Origin: a virus
Lineage: Duplodnaviria > Caudoviricetes
Direction: 5' to 3' (one strand)
Length of the DNA stretch: 64,000 nt
Virus record (IMG/VR): IMGVR_UViG_3300025715_000009
Coordinates: 128,001-192,000 of that record
The notes beneath the pieces were generated by a model. That model did not search any database, was not told the origin of the DNA, and saw nothing but the letters and a program-made list of their open reading frames with translations. Shown piece after piece: positions 48,021 through 57,900 of this stretch (the first letter of the stretch is position 1; every line of letters begins with the position of its first letter). The position numbers and the translations under genes were made by a program.

Positions 48021-48293
48021 TTAATGCTCCAATAAATATTTAGCCATTATTACATCAAATTCATCTTTTGTTATTACTTTTATAGCTGTTTTTAATAATC
48101 TATTTATCCCAGCCAAGTTATGAACAATATCACCCTCTGTTAAACCATAACTTGAAAAATAATAAAATTTAACTTTATATTCATAAGTTTTATCTGTCTT
48201 TCTTCTTGAGTATAAAAAATAATATTCATCGTCATCATCTTTTACATTATGTCTTTTACAAACAAATACTTGACCAACTTTATGCACCTTCAT
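48021..48293 (-). CDS. Hypothetical protein, type-A signature (IMAKYLL)
   Basis: ORF track; AAGGAG RBS. Confidence 0.7.
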   Translation of the reverse strand: MKVHKVGQVFVCKRHNVKDDDDEYYFLYSRRKTDKTYEYKVKFYYFSSYGLTEGDIVHNLAGINRLLKTAIKVITKDEFDVIMAKYLLEH

Positions 48294-48639
48294 TTAATTG
48301 CTCCTTGGCAATAACATCCCACCCTATTTTAACTATTGATCCAACATAAATTTTATGATCTAAAACTCTTTTTGGCACCCATTTAATCAACTCATCTGGG
48401 TCTTTCATATTACTAAAACTCCAAGTATAATACTTGGTGTCTGTTTTGCCTTTTTCACAAAATAATCTTATTTTATAAATAAATTTTTTATTAAATTTTC
48501 TTTTATCTACTATTTCCATATACTTTAAAGAATTATATGGAAAAAATTGGGTTGTTCTTCCCAATCCATCTTTCGAGACATCACTATCAAACCCATAACT
48601 TTTGGGACAAGTAAAAACATCACCAACTTCGAACATCAA
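48280..48639 (-). CDS. Hypothetical protein, type-A signature (VIAKEQL)
   Basis: ORF track. Confidence 0.7.
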   Translation of the reverse strand: MMFEVGDVFTCPKSYGFDSDVSKDGLGRTTQFFPYNSLKYMEIVDKRKFNKKFIYKIRLFCEKGKTDTKYYTWSFSNMKDPDELIKWVPKRVLDHKIYVGSIVKIGWDVIAKEQLNEGA

Positions 48640-48829
48640 AACTCCAATTTTCGCATATACTACAAGAAGGATCTATATCATCAATATTTATTTGATTAGC
48701 ATCACAATATATATAACCTTTACCTTTAATCAAATAATAACAATTAATACATAGTTTAACATCTTGATTATTTAATAATTCCTTGGCCAAAAAATTGACT
48801 GGCCATTGTTGGGGAACTACTCTTCTCAA
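48620..48829 (-). CDS. Cys-rich small protein with internal FLAKELL
   Basis: CINC...C...CSIC. Confidence 0.55.
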   Translation of the reverse strand: MRRVVPQQWPVNFLAKELLNNQDVKLCINCYYLIKGKGYIYCDANQINIDDIDPSCSICENWSFDVRSW

Positions 48830-49014
48830 ACGTTTTCTACCCCAGTAATCTTAATTCCATATTCATCTTTTTCCCAAGTGAATTGGAATTTTTTCCTCTT
48901 ATCCACCCAATCTTCAAGAGAGTCAAGATGTCCATCATCAGTAATGAGCATATTATACTCTTTACAAAGATCAGCAAATTTTTCTAAAAATTCATGCTGG
49001 AATCTATTCATCTC
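48826..49014 (-). CDS. Hypothetical protein (probable start near EMNRFQ)
   Basis: ORF track; AAGGAG upstream of MNRFQ. Confidence 0.55.
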   Translation of the reverse strand, partial: EMNRFQHEFLEKFADLCKEYNMLITDDGHLDSLEDWVDKRKKFQFTWEKDEYGIKITGVENV

Positions 49015-49201
49015 TTCTCTCCTTGATAAATTTATTGATATCAATTTCTTGACCATTAAAATAAAAATGATCACCAGAAAATGGACGCAAAATAGCTTTG
49101 ATTAGTTGAATAATATAAGTTAATATTGTGGATAAAATTATTATTCCACCTAAAAATATCCAAAAACCATTAAATAATAATAGTTGTAATATCTCAATCA
49201 T
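49004..49201 (-). CDS. Small membrane protein
   Basis: Hydrophobic N-terminal helix; ATGA overlap. Confidence 0.6.
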   Translation of the reverse strand: MIEILQLLLFNGFWIFLGGIIILSTILTYIIQLIKAILRPFSGDHFYFNGQEIDINKFIKERRDE

Positions 49202-49821
49202 TTAAATAATTCTCCCTTAGAATTATACCAGAAAACAAAATCAAGAGCAAAAACAGGAATATTAATATCATGGGCAAAATCAATCATTTTACTTTCAATT
49301 TCTAAATATGCTTTTTTATTCATATGCCTAGGAACTTCAGGGATGACTTTGTTAGCTACAAGATTTCTAAGAATATGGCGATCAAGAATACAAATTTCAT
49401 CACCAAAACCAACATTTCTAAGAAAATGACTTGCTTCTTTCATGCCCAATCCATTAATAGTATCTGCAAGCCAATTTCTTGTTTCTACTACTCCGATCTC
49501 TGCAATTTTATTTTCAACTATATTTTTAATATTGCTATATTGATTAATTGCTTGAGCAATATACTTGGCTTTGTTTTTATTAAATCTTACACCAGCTGCA
49601 CTTAATTCTTGCTGAATTAGATATTGATCTGGTATATTTAAAAGATTTGACTTAGTAAGATATTGAACTGCTTTCCACCCACACTTAGCATTTGTTTGTG
49701 GAGTGCAAAGACAAAACACAAGTTCTGAAAATACTTCTTGTCCACCTAATTTCCAAATTGTTTTAAATGTTAGGTATCGTTGATCAATCTCTGGTTTAAT
49801 TTGTTTGTAGATCTGCAACAT
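49198..49821 (-). CDS. ogg: 8-oxoguanine DNA glycosylase/AP lyase (Ogg2, Thermotoga/archaeal type)
   Basis: ELVFCLCTPQ, GVRF.KNKA.YI, HhH GLGMKEASHFLRNVG (catalytic Lys), ILDRH (catalytic Asp), C-terminal ..FK. Confidence 0.9.
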   Translation of the reverse strand: MLQIYKQIKPEIDQRYLTFKTIWKLGGQEVFSELVFCLCTPQTNAKCGWKAVQYLTKSNLLNIPDQYLIQQELSAAGVRFNKNKAKYIAQAINQYSNIKNIVENKIAEIGVVETRNWLADTINGLGMKEASHFLRNVGFGDEICILDRHILRNLVANKVIPEVPRHMNKKAYLEIESKMIDFAHDINIPVFALDFVFWYNSKGELFK

Positions 49822-50362
49822 GTTCTCCCCTATGATAAATAAAATCTAAATATATTTTGACAAATGATTCATTGATAGTATAATAATCATATTCATCATT
49901 TCTTATAACTGGCAATACAGATGAAGAGAGTAAAAGCGTTTTAACCCATATAATATCACTATCTATATTTGTTATACATTCTTCTAATTCTTGATAAAAT
50001 AAAAATCCAATGTCTGTAAACTCATAATAATAACTTGGTTCATAAAATAATTTTAATAATCCAGCAGCTTCAAATCCTTCAACCAACTCTCTAGAAAGTT
50101 TCAATCCAAAATGAATTAAACGTTCATTGTTATCATAATCTTGAACAGTGCTACATGCTCTAAGTAATTTAATATGAGGAATTTTACCAAATTTATAATG
50201 TTTAGCATCTTCAGTGCTTATCGTAGTGAGAATTTTAAAATATAACATTAATGCTATCGCATTGTTATCAGATACTTCTTTATCATTAGATGCAAAAATT
50301 GGGAGTATTTTATTATCTGATAATAGTTTAATGAATTTTTGTTTATTGACTTCTATATCCAT
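49796..50362 (-). CDS. Hypothetical protein (start revised to MDIEV)
   Basis: TATAAT-6 nt-ATG; KIPHIKLLR...GLKLSRELVE recalls the L7/L12 C-terminal fold. Confidence 0.6.
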   Translation of the reverse strand: MDIEVNKQKFIKLLSDNKILPIFASNDKEVSDNNAIALMLYFKILTTISTEDAKHYKFGKIPHIKLLRACSTVQDYDNNERLIHFGLKLSRELVEGFEAAGLLKLFYEPSYYYEFTDIGFLFYQELEECITNIDSDIIWVKTLLLSSSVLPVIRNDEYDYYTINESFVKIYLDFIYHRGEHVADLQTN

Positions 50363-50404
50363 GTGGATATTATACAATAGATAGGATATATTCTAAATAA
50401 TAAA

Positions 50405-50587
50405 TCAGTGGGTAGAGGCTTCAACAAAGAATTGAAGTTGTTCAAGTAATTCTTGTTTTGGTAGTAAATTCTTTTTTAAAATTACTTGACCAGCCTTCTC
50501 ATGATTGTTCTGTGAAAAAGAGAGTATCTCTTTTTTCAAATTCTTGTCTATTTTACCCCTTGACTCCAAGAAATCCAAAAAATCCAT
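50405..50587 (-). CDS. 60-aa MshEN/GspE-N-like protein
   Basis: FLESRGKID....KEIL and KAGQVILKKNLLPKQELLEQL resemble the RLGxxLxxxGxIxxxxLxxxL motif. Confidence 0.45.
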   Translation of the reverse strand: MDFLDFLESRGKIDKNLKKEILSFSQNNHEKAGQVILKKNLLPKQELLEQLQFFVEASTH

Positions 50588-50636
50588 GGCTTCTCCATCT
50601 GAACGAATATATTATTATCTTATGTAGAAACAATAA

Positions 50637-50661
50637 AAAAGAGAGCAAAAAGCTCTCTTTT
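50637..50661. terminator. Intrinsic terminator
   Basis: aaaagagagc-aaaaa-gctctctttt. Confidence 0.85.
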
Positions 50662-50676
50662 GTAAAAATTAACTAA

Positions 50677-51501
50677 TTAAACATTTTTATGATATTGCAA
50701 ATCCCTTACATACCTTGCTACTATTTCATGAATAGGATTATAGTCCCAAGAAGAATTTCTTACATCTTCCCAAGCGGAAGACCAGGTTTTAATTTTATCC
50801 ATATCCACTTCAGACCATGTAGTGCGAAGTGAATTAAGATAATCTATTACTTCTTGAACAGTTGCTTTTTGTTCTTGAGATCGTAAAATAAAAAGGCGAT
50901 CTTGTTCGGCCTTATCTATGGCTTGTGATAGACCAAGAGCTACAATCTTTTGTGTCTCTTCTTCTGTTAGATAATGTTTATTGTATGATACTTGTATAAG
51001 TAGTTCTTTGGCTTGCATGATCATGAATTGATTAACAATCAGATCACGTTTAACTTCCTTATCTAGATCTTTATATGCCTGTTTTCCTTTTTCTTCCATC
51101 CATCTATATTTTTGATACCCAATTTTTTTCTTTTCATCTTCTGAGAGAGCATCCCAAGCTTCTTGGCCTAATTTATCTTTAAGATCATTTCTAGCCTTAT
51201 TTGTTTCTGACATAACTCTCTTCATAAGAGCCTCTGCCAGATTGATATCTACACCCTTATCTTTAAAATGATGAATACATTCACTTCCTACTTTTAGAAT
51301 TTGTTCTGTTTTAAGGTTTTTAACTTCATAGGCAAAGGCACAATTTTTGTGTCCACAAAGCTGACAATCAAAAAATCTAGGATCGTAATAAGCATTGACA
51401 AGCTTAAACTCGTCATCAGGATTAGATGATATATTTGCTAGGTTTAATTGGATGCGATTAACAAAAGATTGAGAGCGGTATATCTTGTTATTATAATTCA
51501 T
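50677..51501 (-). CDS. Zn-binding hypothetical protein
   Basis: CQLCGH..C...VGSECIHHF; TGaTATAAT and GGGGG RBS upstream. Confidence 0.7.
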   Translation of the reverse strand: MNYNNKIYRSQSFVNRIQLNLANISSNPDDEFKLVNAYYDPRFFDCQLCGHKNCAFAYEVKNLKTEQILKVGSECIHHFKDKGVDINLAEALMKRVMSETNKARNDLKDKLGQEAWDALSEDEKKKIGYQKYRWMEEKGKQAYKDLDKEVKRDLIVNQFMIMQAKELLIQVSYNKHYLTEEETQKIVALGLSQAIDKAEQDRLFILRSQEQKATVQEVIDYLNSLRTTWSEVDMDKIKTWSSAWEDVRNSSWDYNPIHEIVARYVRDLQYHKNV

Positions 51502-51540
51502 ACATCCCCCTAATGATATTATATCATTAAAAAGAGTTGT

Positions 51541-52104
51541 CTAAACTATTGAAACACGGCCCTGATTATCTATGGCTATAACTGACTTACATTGTGGACA
51601 TCTAAATCTTCCAGATTTTTTAGTAGATAATTTTTTATCACAAATTGGACATTTAAAAACTCTTGGAAAGATGATTTCTTTATCATCAACTGTTATATTT
51701 TTAGCCAAATTATTGATTGCTTCTTCAAAAGAATCATCAAAATTAAAAAATGTAGAGAATCCTAATAGTTGAAAAACTTCAAAAACCTTAGGTTTCATAT
51801 TAATAATACTTATGTTTCCATTTTTATTTTTAGCTGTTTTTAAAAAATCAACAAATGCTCCAATTCCAGTTGATGACATATAGTCAATTCCACCACAATC
51901 AAAAATTAATTTGATATAGCGAGCATTAAAACACATATCTACTTTCTGTTTAAAGAACTTTGTGTTATAATTATCAACCACACCATGACATTCTATTAAA
52001 AGCATATCATGGTGTGTTGGTATACGACGTAAGCGAATTTTAAAATCTTTTACAGTTTCTTTATCAAAGCCTGGAATTATCAAATCATTATCATTATAAG
52101 ACAT
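51541..52104 (-). CDS. STAS anti-sigma-factor antagonist with C-terminal Zn ribbon (spirochaete type)
   Basis: IDYMSSTGIG, PKVFEVFQLLGF, FP..FKCPIC...GRFRCPQC, N-terminal IPGFD. Confidence 0.9.
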   Translation of the reverse strand: MSYNDNDLIIPGFDKETVKDFKIRLRRIPTHHDMLLIECHGVVDNYNTKFFKQKVDMCFNARYIKLIFDCGGIDYMSSTGIGAFVDFLKTAKNKNGNISIINMKPKVFEVFQLLGFSTFFNFDDSFEEAINNLAKNITVDDKEIIFPRVFKCPICDKKLSTKKSGRFRCPQCKSVIAIDNQGRVSIV

Positions 52105-52463
52105 CAGTACTCCTGATTTAGTAATATTTTAGCAGCAAAATCATATGGTATAAATTTTATTTTGATTATTAAATTAGTTTCAAAATATAAATTGCTTAAC
52201 ATATAAATTTCACCATTGTTGTTATCTTTAACAAAATTGCCTATTTTTATTAATAACTCTCCTAATCTTAATAAATCTAATTTGTTCTTATAAACATGAA
52301 TTTCAAAACAAAAATATCTTTTTCTTTTATCCCATTCACCCTTAGTAGTAAAATATTTTTCATATTTATCAATAAAAAGAGTTAAAAGTTGTTGTTCTAT
52401 ATCTTGATTTAAAAAATCTTTAACTTGTTGTGCATAGACTTCATATTCTTGTTTAGTAATCAT
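52104..52463 (-). CDS. Hypothetical protein, type-A signature (FAAKILL)
   Basis: ORF track; AGGAG RBS. Confidence 0.7.
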   Translation of the reverse strand: MITKQEYEVYAQQVKDFLNQDIEQQLLTLFIDKYEKYFTTKGEWDKRKRYFCFEIHVYKNKLDLLRLGELLIKIGNFVKDNNNGEIYMLSNLYFETNLIIKIKFIPYDFAAKILLNQEY

Positions 52464-52507
52464 ATTTACTCCTAGAAATAATTATGCCAAAATAGGATTA
52501 AATATAA

Positions 52508-52849
52508 TTATTTAATATGTTTTAATATCAAATCAATAATATTAGTCATGCTTGGGTGATAAGCTATAAAATGAAATTCATCATCATTTTCTCGTATTGT
52601 TTTAACTTCCCAGTTGAAAGACTTATACTCTTCTTCTACTTCCCCCATTCTCTCAACCATAAGATCAAAGGCTGATTCACCTTCATCTTCTTCATCGTAA
52701 AAATCTCCTACTTCAAAATTGAAATAATTTCCAAGATTATAATCATCAAAAGTATAATAACTTAATTTATATCCACTAAATATATCCTTGATTAACATTT
52801 GATAATTTGATTCATGTGGTAAATTTAAGTTTTCTTTTCTAACATACAT
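52508..52849 (-). CDS. Acidic hypothetical protein
   Basis: ORF track. Confidence 0.65.
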   Translation of the reverse strand: MYVRKENLNLPHESNYQMLIKDIFSGYKLSYYTFDDYNLGNYFNFEVGDFYDEEDEGESAFDLMVERMGEVEEEYKSFNWEVKTIRENDDEFHFIAYHPSMTNIIDLILKHIK

Positions 52850-53923
52850 TTAATTTATTCTCCAAGCTATTTCTAAATTCACCACCACATTATAAGTTGT
52901 AGTAAATTCTGATGTTGCTAAAATTTTTATTAAATCATTTGCTTCAAAATCTATTGACATGGTTCCGTCTGCAAAATAATAGTTATTTAAATTAAAGTTA
53001 TAAATAGACGTAGGGTCATTATTCTTGGACATAATAAATTTTTTATTAGCATAACCAGATGATGCTTGAGCAGTTATACCTAAGATAGTTCCTTTTCTTA
53101 AAGCAGGCCAACCTGAATTAGAAGAAGAGAAGTCAGCTACATTAAGATAACAGCCATCAGCTCTTTTAATTCCAAACGTGACATTTTGTCTCATCATGCT
53201 AATCCATTTTGATCTTGTTCCATCATATATATATAATATACCGGCTCGATTGATAATCTGCCCATCTGCTAAACCTAACGATGGTGTATATTCTACTGGG
53301 TCTAATTGTAATGCAGCTGACCCATTCGCTGCTTGAAATTGAACTGGCCCAAAGTCTACATGAATAACTCTTCCAGAACCAGATCCACTTGCACCATCAT
53401 ATGCTTCATCAAGAGGAGTAACGAAATCATGAGTATCAAAACCCCTTCTTCCTATATATCTATAACCAGAAATATAAAATGGAGGAGAATACAAAGAGGG
53501 TGTAAATTCAAAAGTTAAATTACCATTTGCGTAATCAAACTCCCAATTAACATCATCTCCTACGAAAATCTGTGTATTATTATTATCATATAATTTTATA
53601 TAATAACCTTGTTTTAATTCTTTATCTGGTTGAATAAAATCGCCAAGGCGAGTTGCCAAATTTCCTGGAGTAGAACAGGCAACCCATGATAAAGAACCAT
53701 CAACGGTTAAATCTGGAGTTAATTCTAATTTATTAATTATTTCTATGCTTGATGTAGATGTAGAAGGAGGATTTTCAGGTATATCATCAATCCAAACATC
53801 ACTTAGTTTTATTGTAAGAGCTTTGCCTGGAAATTCTTCATGCCACTTCTTGTTGACAGATGTATATTGGCGTTTAAGGAATTTTTTATATGCAATGTCC
53901 ACTTTTACATCATTACTTGGCAT
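52850..53923 (-). CDS. Virion structural protein (module Y plus AWR C-domain), paralogue of 38486
   Basis: PLDEAYDG...GRVIHVDFGPV...IAWR. Confidence 0.75.
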   Translation of the reverse strand: MPSNDVKVDIAYKKFLKRQYTSVNKKWHEEFPGKALTIKLSDVWIDDIPENPPSTSTSSIEIINKLELTPDLTVDGSLSWVACSTPGNLATRLGDFIQPDKELKQGYYIKLYDNNNTQIFVGDDVNWEFDYANGNLTFEFTPSLYSPPFYISGYRYIGRRGFDTHDFVTPLDEAYDGASGSGSGRVIHVDFGPVQFQAANGSAALQLDPVEYTPSLGLADGQIINRAGILYIYDGTRSKWISMMRQNVTFGIKRADGCYLNVADFSSSNSGWPALRKGTILGITAQASSGYANKKFIMSKNNDPTSIYNFNLNNYYFADGTMSIDFEANDLIKILATSEFTTTYNVVVNLEIAWRIN

Positions 53924-53926
53924 AAA

Positions 53927-54115
53927 TTATTCCTTTTTTAAGTTCTCCAATATCTTTTTTTCCATCTCTTCAAGACGCTTATATAAAATTTTTTGATTTT
54001 CAGCTAATGCTTCAATTGCCTGAAGAATTAAATTTTCTTGATTTTTTTCTTCAGCCATTGAACCATATTGTTGAGCTCTTTGTTCTATTATTTTTCCTAA
54101 GTTTGGTATTGACAT
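53927..54115 (-). CDS. Small coiled-coil protein
   Basis: ORF track. Confidence 0.6.
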   Translation of the reverse strand: MSIPNLGKIIEQRAQQYGSMAEEKNQENLILQAIEALAENQKILYKRLEEMEKKILENLKKE

Positions 54116-54366
54116 TATTTAATCTTCTTTAGTGGCGATAAAAGCTTATCATAAGCAACAAGAACATCTGGTATTTTTTTAATATCTTCTTGCAATGCTT
54201 CTTCTAATTTACTCATATCTTTATCAAATTCTTGTTCGGAGATAGCATGATATTTACTTAAATCAAGAGGTTTGATATTTAAATTCTCATATATTTTTAT
54301 TTTCTCTTCATATTCTTTTGCTTTTTTTTCTACTTCTGACATAATGCCTCCTGAATTATAAATCAT
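54115..54366 (-). CDS. Hypothetical protein
   Basis: ORF track; GGAGG before the internal MSEVE. Confidence 0.6.
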   Translation of the reverse strand: MIYNSGGIMSEVEKKAKEYEEKIKIYENLNIKPLDLSKYHAISEQEFDKDMSKLEEALQEDIKKIPDVLVAYDKLLSPLKKIK

Positions 54367-54967
54367 CTATTGTCAATTTTTGTCGTCTTTTTTCTGGCTC
54401 AACAGGTTCACTAGCTTTAGGTGGAGAAAATATTTTATCAATCTCTAATCTTAATTGTGTAAGAATATTCATTCTCTCAACTATATCACCAGTAAATATT
54501 GCTCTACATACTTGAAAATATCCAAATTCATTTATCATATCGTCTAATATTGCAAGAGATTTTAACTTTGTTGTGGAAATTTTATCTAATATACTAGAAA
54601 CTTCTTTTAACACAAGAATTGTATTTTTTATTTCTTGTGTTTCTAATCTATCTCCTGCATTATCCCAATCTTGCAAGACATTTATAATTTTATCCTCTAT
54701 TTTATAAACAGCTGGTTTAAAATATTCTTCAAGATAAACCTCTAATCCATATTGTTGAATAATATTTTCTTTATCTTGTCTTATACTCAACAATATGGCA
54801 AGTTCATTTTGTATACCTTGTATTATAAAAGCTTCGAGATTTACCATATTGTCAAAAACTTCACCTAATTTATTAATTGATGATGACATTTCTTTTAAGC
54901 TTCTTTTTTGTTTTTCATCAGTAAACGTTGAGCTCCTTTCATCAATATTTATGTTTTTTAATCTCAT
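54356..54967 (-). CDS. Hypothetical helical protein
   Basis: ORF track; AAGGAG RBS. Confidence 0.7.
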   Translation of the reverse strand: MRLKNINIDERSSTFTDEKQKRSLKEMSSSINKLGEVFDNMVNLEAFIIQGIQNELAILLSIRQDKENIIQQYGLEVYLEEYFKPAVYKIEDKIINVLQDWDNAGDRLETQEIKNTILVLKEVSSILDKISTTKLKSLAILDDMINEFGYFQVCRAIFTGDIVERMNILTQLRLEIDKIFSPPKASEPVEPEKRRQKLTIDDL

Positions 54968-54976
54968 ATCTTCTCC

Positions 54977-57900
54977 TTACCATTTAACTTCCATATATTC
55001 AACATTTGGAACATTAGACGTTGGTAAAGTAATTCTTACAATTATCATATATCCACTGTTTGCTGTTGAAAAAGTTCCAGATGAGTAATGATAATCATTG
55101 CCTTCAACTTTTAATAAACACCCATCCCCATCTGAACCTGTAAAAACACTTACGTCATAATTTTTATTTAATGATAACCAACCTGTTTGGGTTGGCAATT
55201 TAATATCTATTAATATTCTATTAGATGTTATATCTTGAACTGTAACTCCATTTATTTGTATTCTTCCGCCATTTCTAGCCGTTGGTTTATAAAAACTTCT
55301 GAAATATCTTTGTTGCCCAGTAAAAGTAGAATAATTAGCAACTTGATTTGGTTTATATCCACTTGCAAAGTTTAAATTAGCATACATTAGCTTTTTATTA
55401 AATATTAATGCATCATTTTGCATTAATAAATTTTGACTGTTCCAAACATTAACTCTTTGTGTTGGGATGATATTGTAATTATCTTGTGGAAGACGATAAA
55501 TTTCATCGCGGAAATATTCTATTAAATCTGTACTTCCATTTGTAAAAGTATTAACTAAACGATTTACTGGTGTAGTTGTAGCCACTTCACCTTGCCCAAA
55601 TGGATCTCGTGTTTTTATTGTCATTACAGCATTGATATCATATTCGTTATATTCATTTAAAATTATTTCACCATTAAAATTATATAAATCTCCCAATCTT
55701 GGTGGTGTTTGATAACCTGTGGCATCTTCGTGATTCCATTCTAAATCAATTGGTTGTAATCCAGGCATGTCAATTTCAATTGGTGTCATTGTATATGTGT
55801 TATTAAATAATCCAATGCCTGTAAATTGCACATTGAATCTATCCCCAATAGAATAATATCTAACACCTGAACAATATTTTGTAGAAATAAGATTTGTTTC
55901 TTGTAATATTTTTTGTGTTGCTAAATATGGGCGTGCATTTGCTGTATCCAAAAAAAGTTTCAATGTCAGTGATCTACGATTAAAAGCAGGGCTTTCATGA
56001 ACAACATATAAATAATTATAACCTTGTCTTAACGTTCCTGGTGTTATATTGATTCTCACTCTTCCTTTTTGCCACATTTTGAAATTATTATATACACCAA
56101 CAGACATAATAGAAATATATCCATTAGAAGAATTTCTTATTGCACCATTTGTTCCAGCTATGCCTTCATTTTCTCTTGCACCATTAGCTTGTTGTCCATA
56201 TGATATAGCAGATTGTTCTGTTTTAGCATTGTTTTCTACAAATGCAGCATATAATCTAAAATTATCTATTTCATTACCATTTAAAAATAATCTTATTGTT
56301 CCTTTATCAGCATCTGCAAATGATGATGAATTTGGAGTATATAAATAAAAAGTTGTACTCTCTGTTAAATAATCATGGTATTCGCCAGGACCTATTTCAT
56401 AATTTATATTATTTTGAGACACATAGCCAGATACTAATGTTAAACCATTTTTATCTAATGGTTTATTGTCAAAAGTGTCAGGAGGAGATGGTGCAATATC
56501 TTTTAGAACCTCATTAATATCATCAATAGAATCATTAACTTTCATTTCATCAAATAAATATAATAATCCATCTGCCCAAGAACCATCAGACGGTGTTCCG
56601 AGAATAATATCTTGGGCGTTGCAACATCCTCCGGATATACCCTCACCAAATATAATAAATGTTAATTTATCCTCAGATGTTGATGCTATGCCTCTTAATT
56701 CTATTGTTGAATTTGATGTTTCATAATAATCATCATTAGGTTTTAATAAATCACCATTAAAATAAACTAACAATGTTTTTGAACCTGGAATGTAAAAATT
56801 CTCTAAATTAAAAACAGTTTGACCTGATGTTGCATTTTGTTCTTCAATTACATATGTTCCTTCACCTGATGCTTGATCCATAATTATAGCAATAATATGA
56901 TCTTGTGGATAAACAAGATGAGTAAATGTAAAAGACACAGGGCTTGTTTCTATATAATCATCACCTTTCTTTTGTAACAATCCATTCCACCAAACTACTA
57001 AATTTTTACTATTCATAATATATGGTTTGCTTAAAGTAAAAACCATTTGATTTTGTGTTACAACAAAATCTTGTCTATGATATTCATTACTGATCTCAAA
57101 TATTGTTTGTCCTTCCCAAGCAACAAAATCTTTTCTTATATAATAATCACCATTAATTACTAATGATACTCTATCACCACCTTTTGCTGGAATTATTAAT
57201 TCTACTGCTTTCTCTTTTATTCTAAGCCAATCAACACCCTGCATTTGATGAAGACCATTTAAATAAACTTGAACATTGGTTTTAGTAGAAGTAATAATTA
57301 CCCATCTTGATATTTCATCATCCCATCGATATAATGAGTTGTCTTCAATTACTAAACGAACATCTCCTCTAACATTATTTACCAATGGCAATAAATTATA
57401 TGTTTCAACTGGTTCTCGCCAATAATTTACATATTGATTTGCCCAATGTCCTACAAACACCCACTGCATGCCATCCCACTCATAAATATCACTATCATTT
57501 AAAACCATACGAATATCATATAAATCATTTCCAGTAGGTGGCAAGTCAGCAACGGTTTGAACTGGACTTTTCCAATGTCCATTTGCTAAATCTGGTTTTG
57601 ATACAACATTATCCCAATGAACCTCAGATAACCCAGATGTTGCTAATTCTGTTTTTCTATAGTATAAATCATCATGATCATGGGCACTTAATGGAGGAAC
57701 ATCGGTTAAATTATAATATGATATTCTTTTAGAATTTACACCATCATGATCATGTCCAGTGTCTGTATCAAATTTAGAATCTATTTTTTGATCTACTTGA
57801 GATTTAATATAATATCTATCATCATGATTATGATTTAAATCTGCTTTTTGGGCTAATAAACCAGATACCCATAATTGTAAATTTGATATGATTGAATCAA

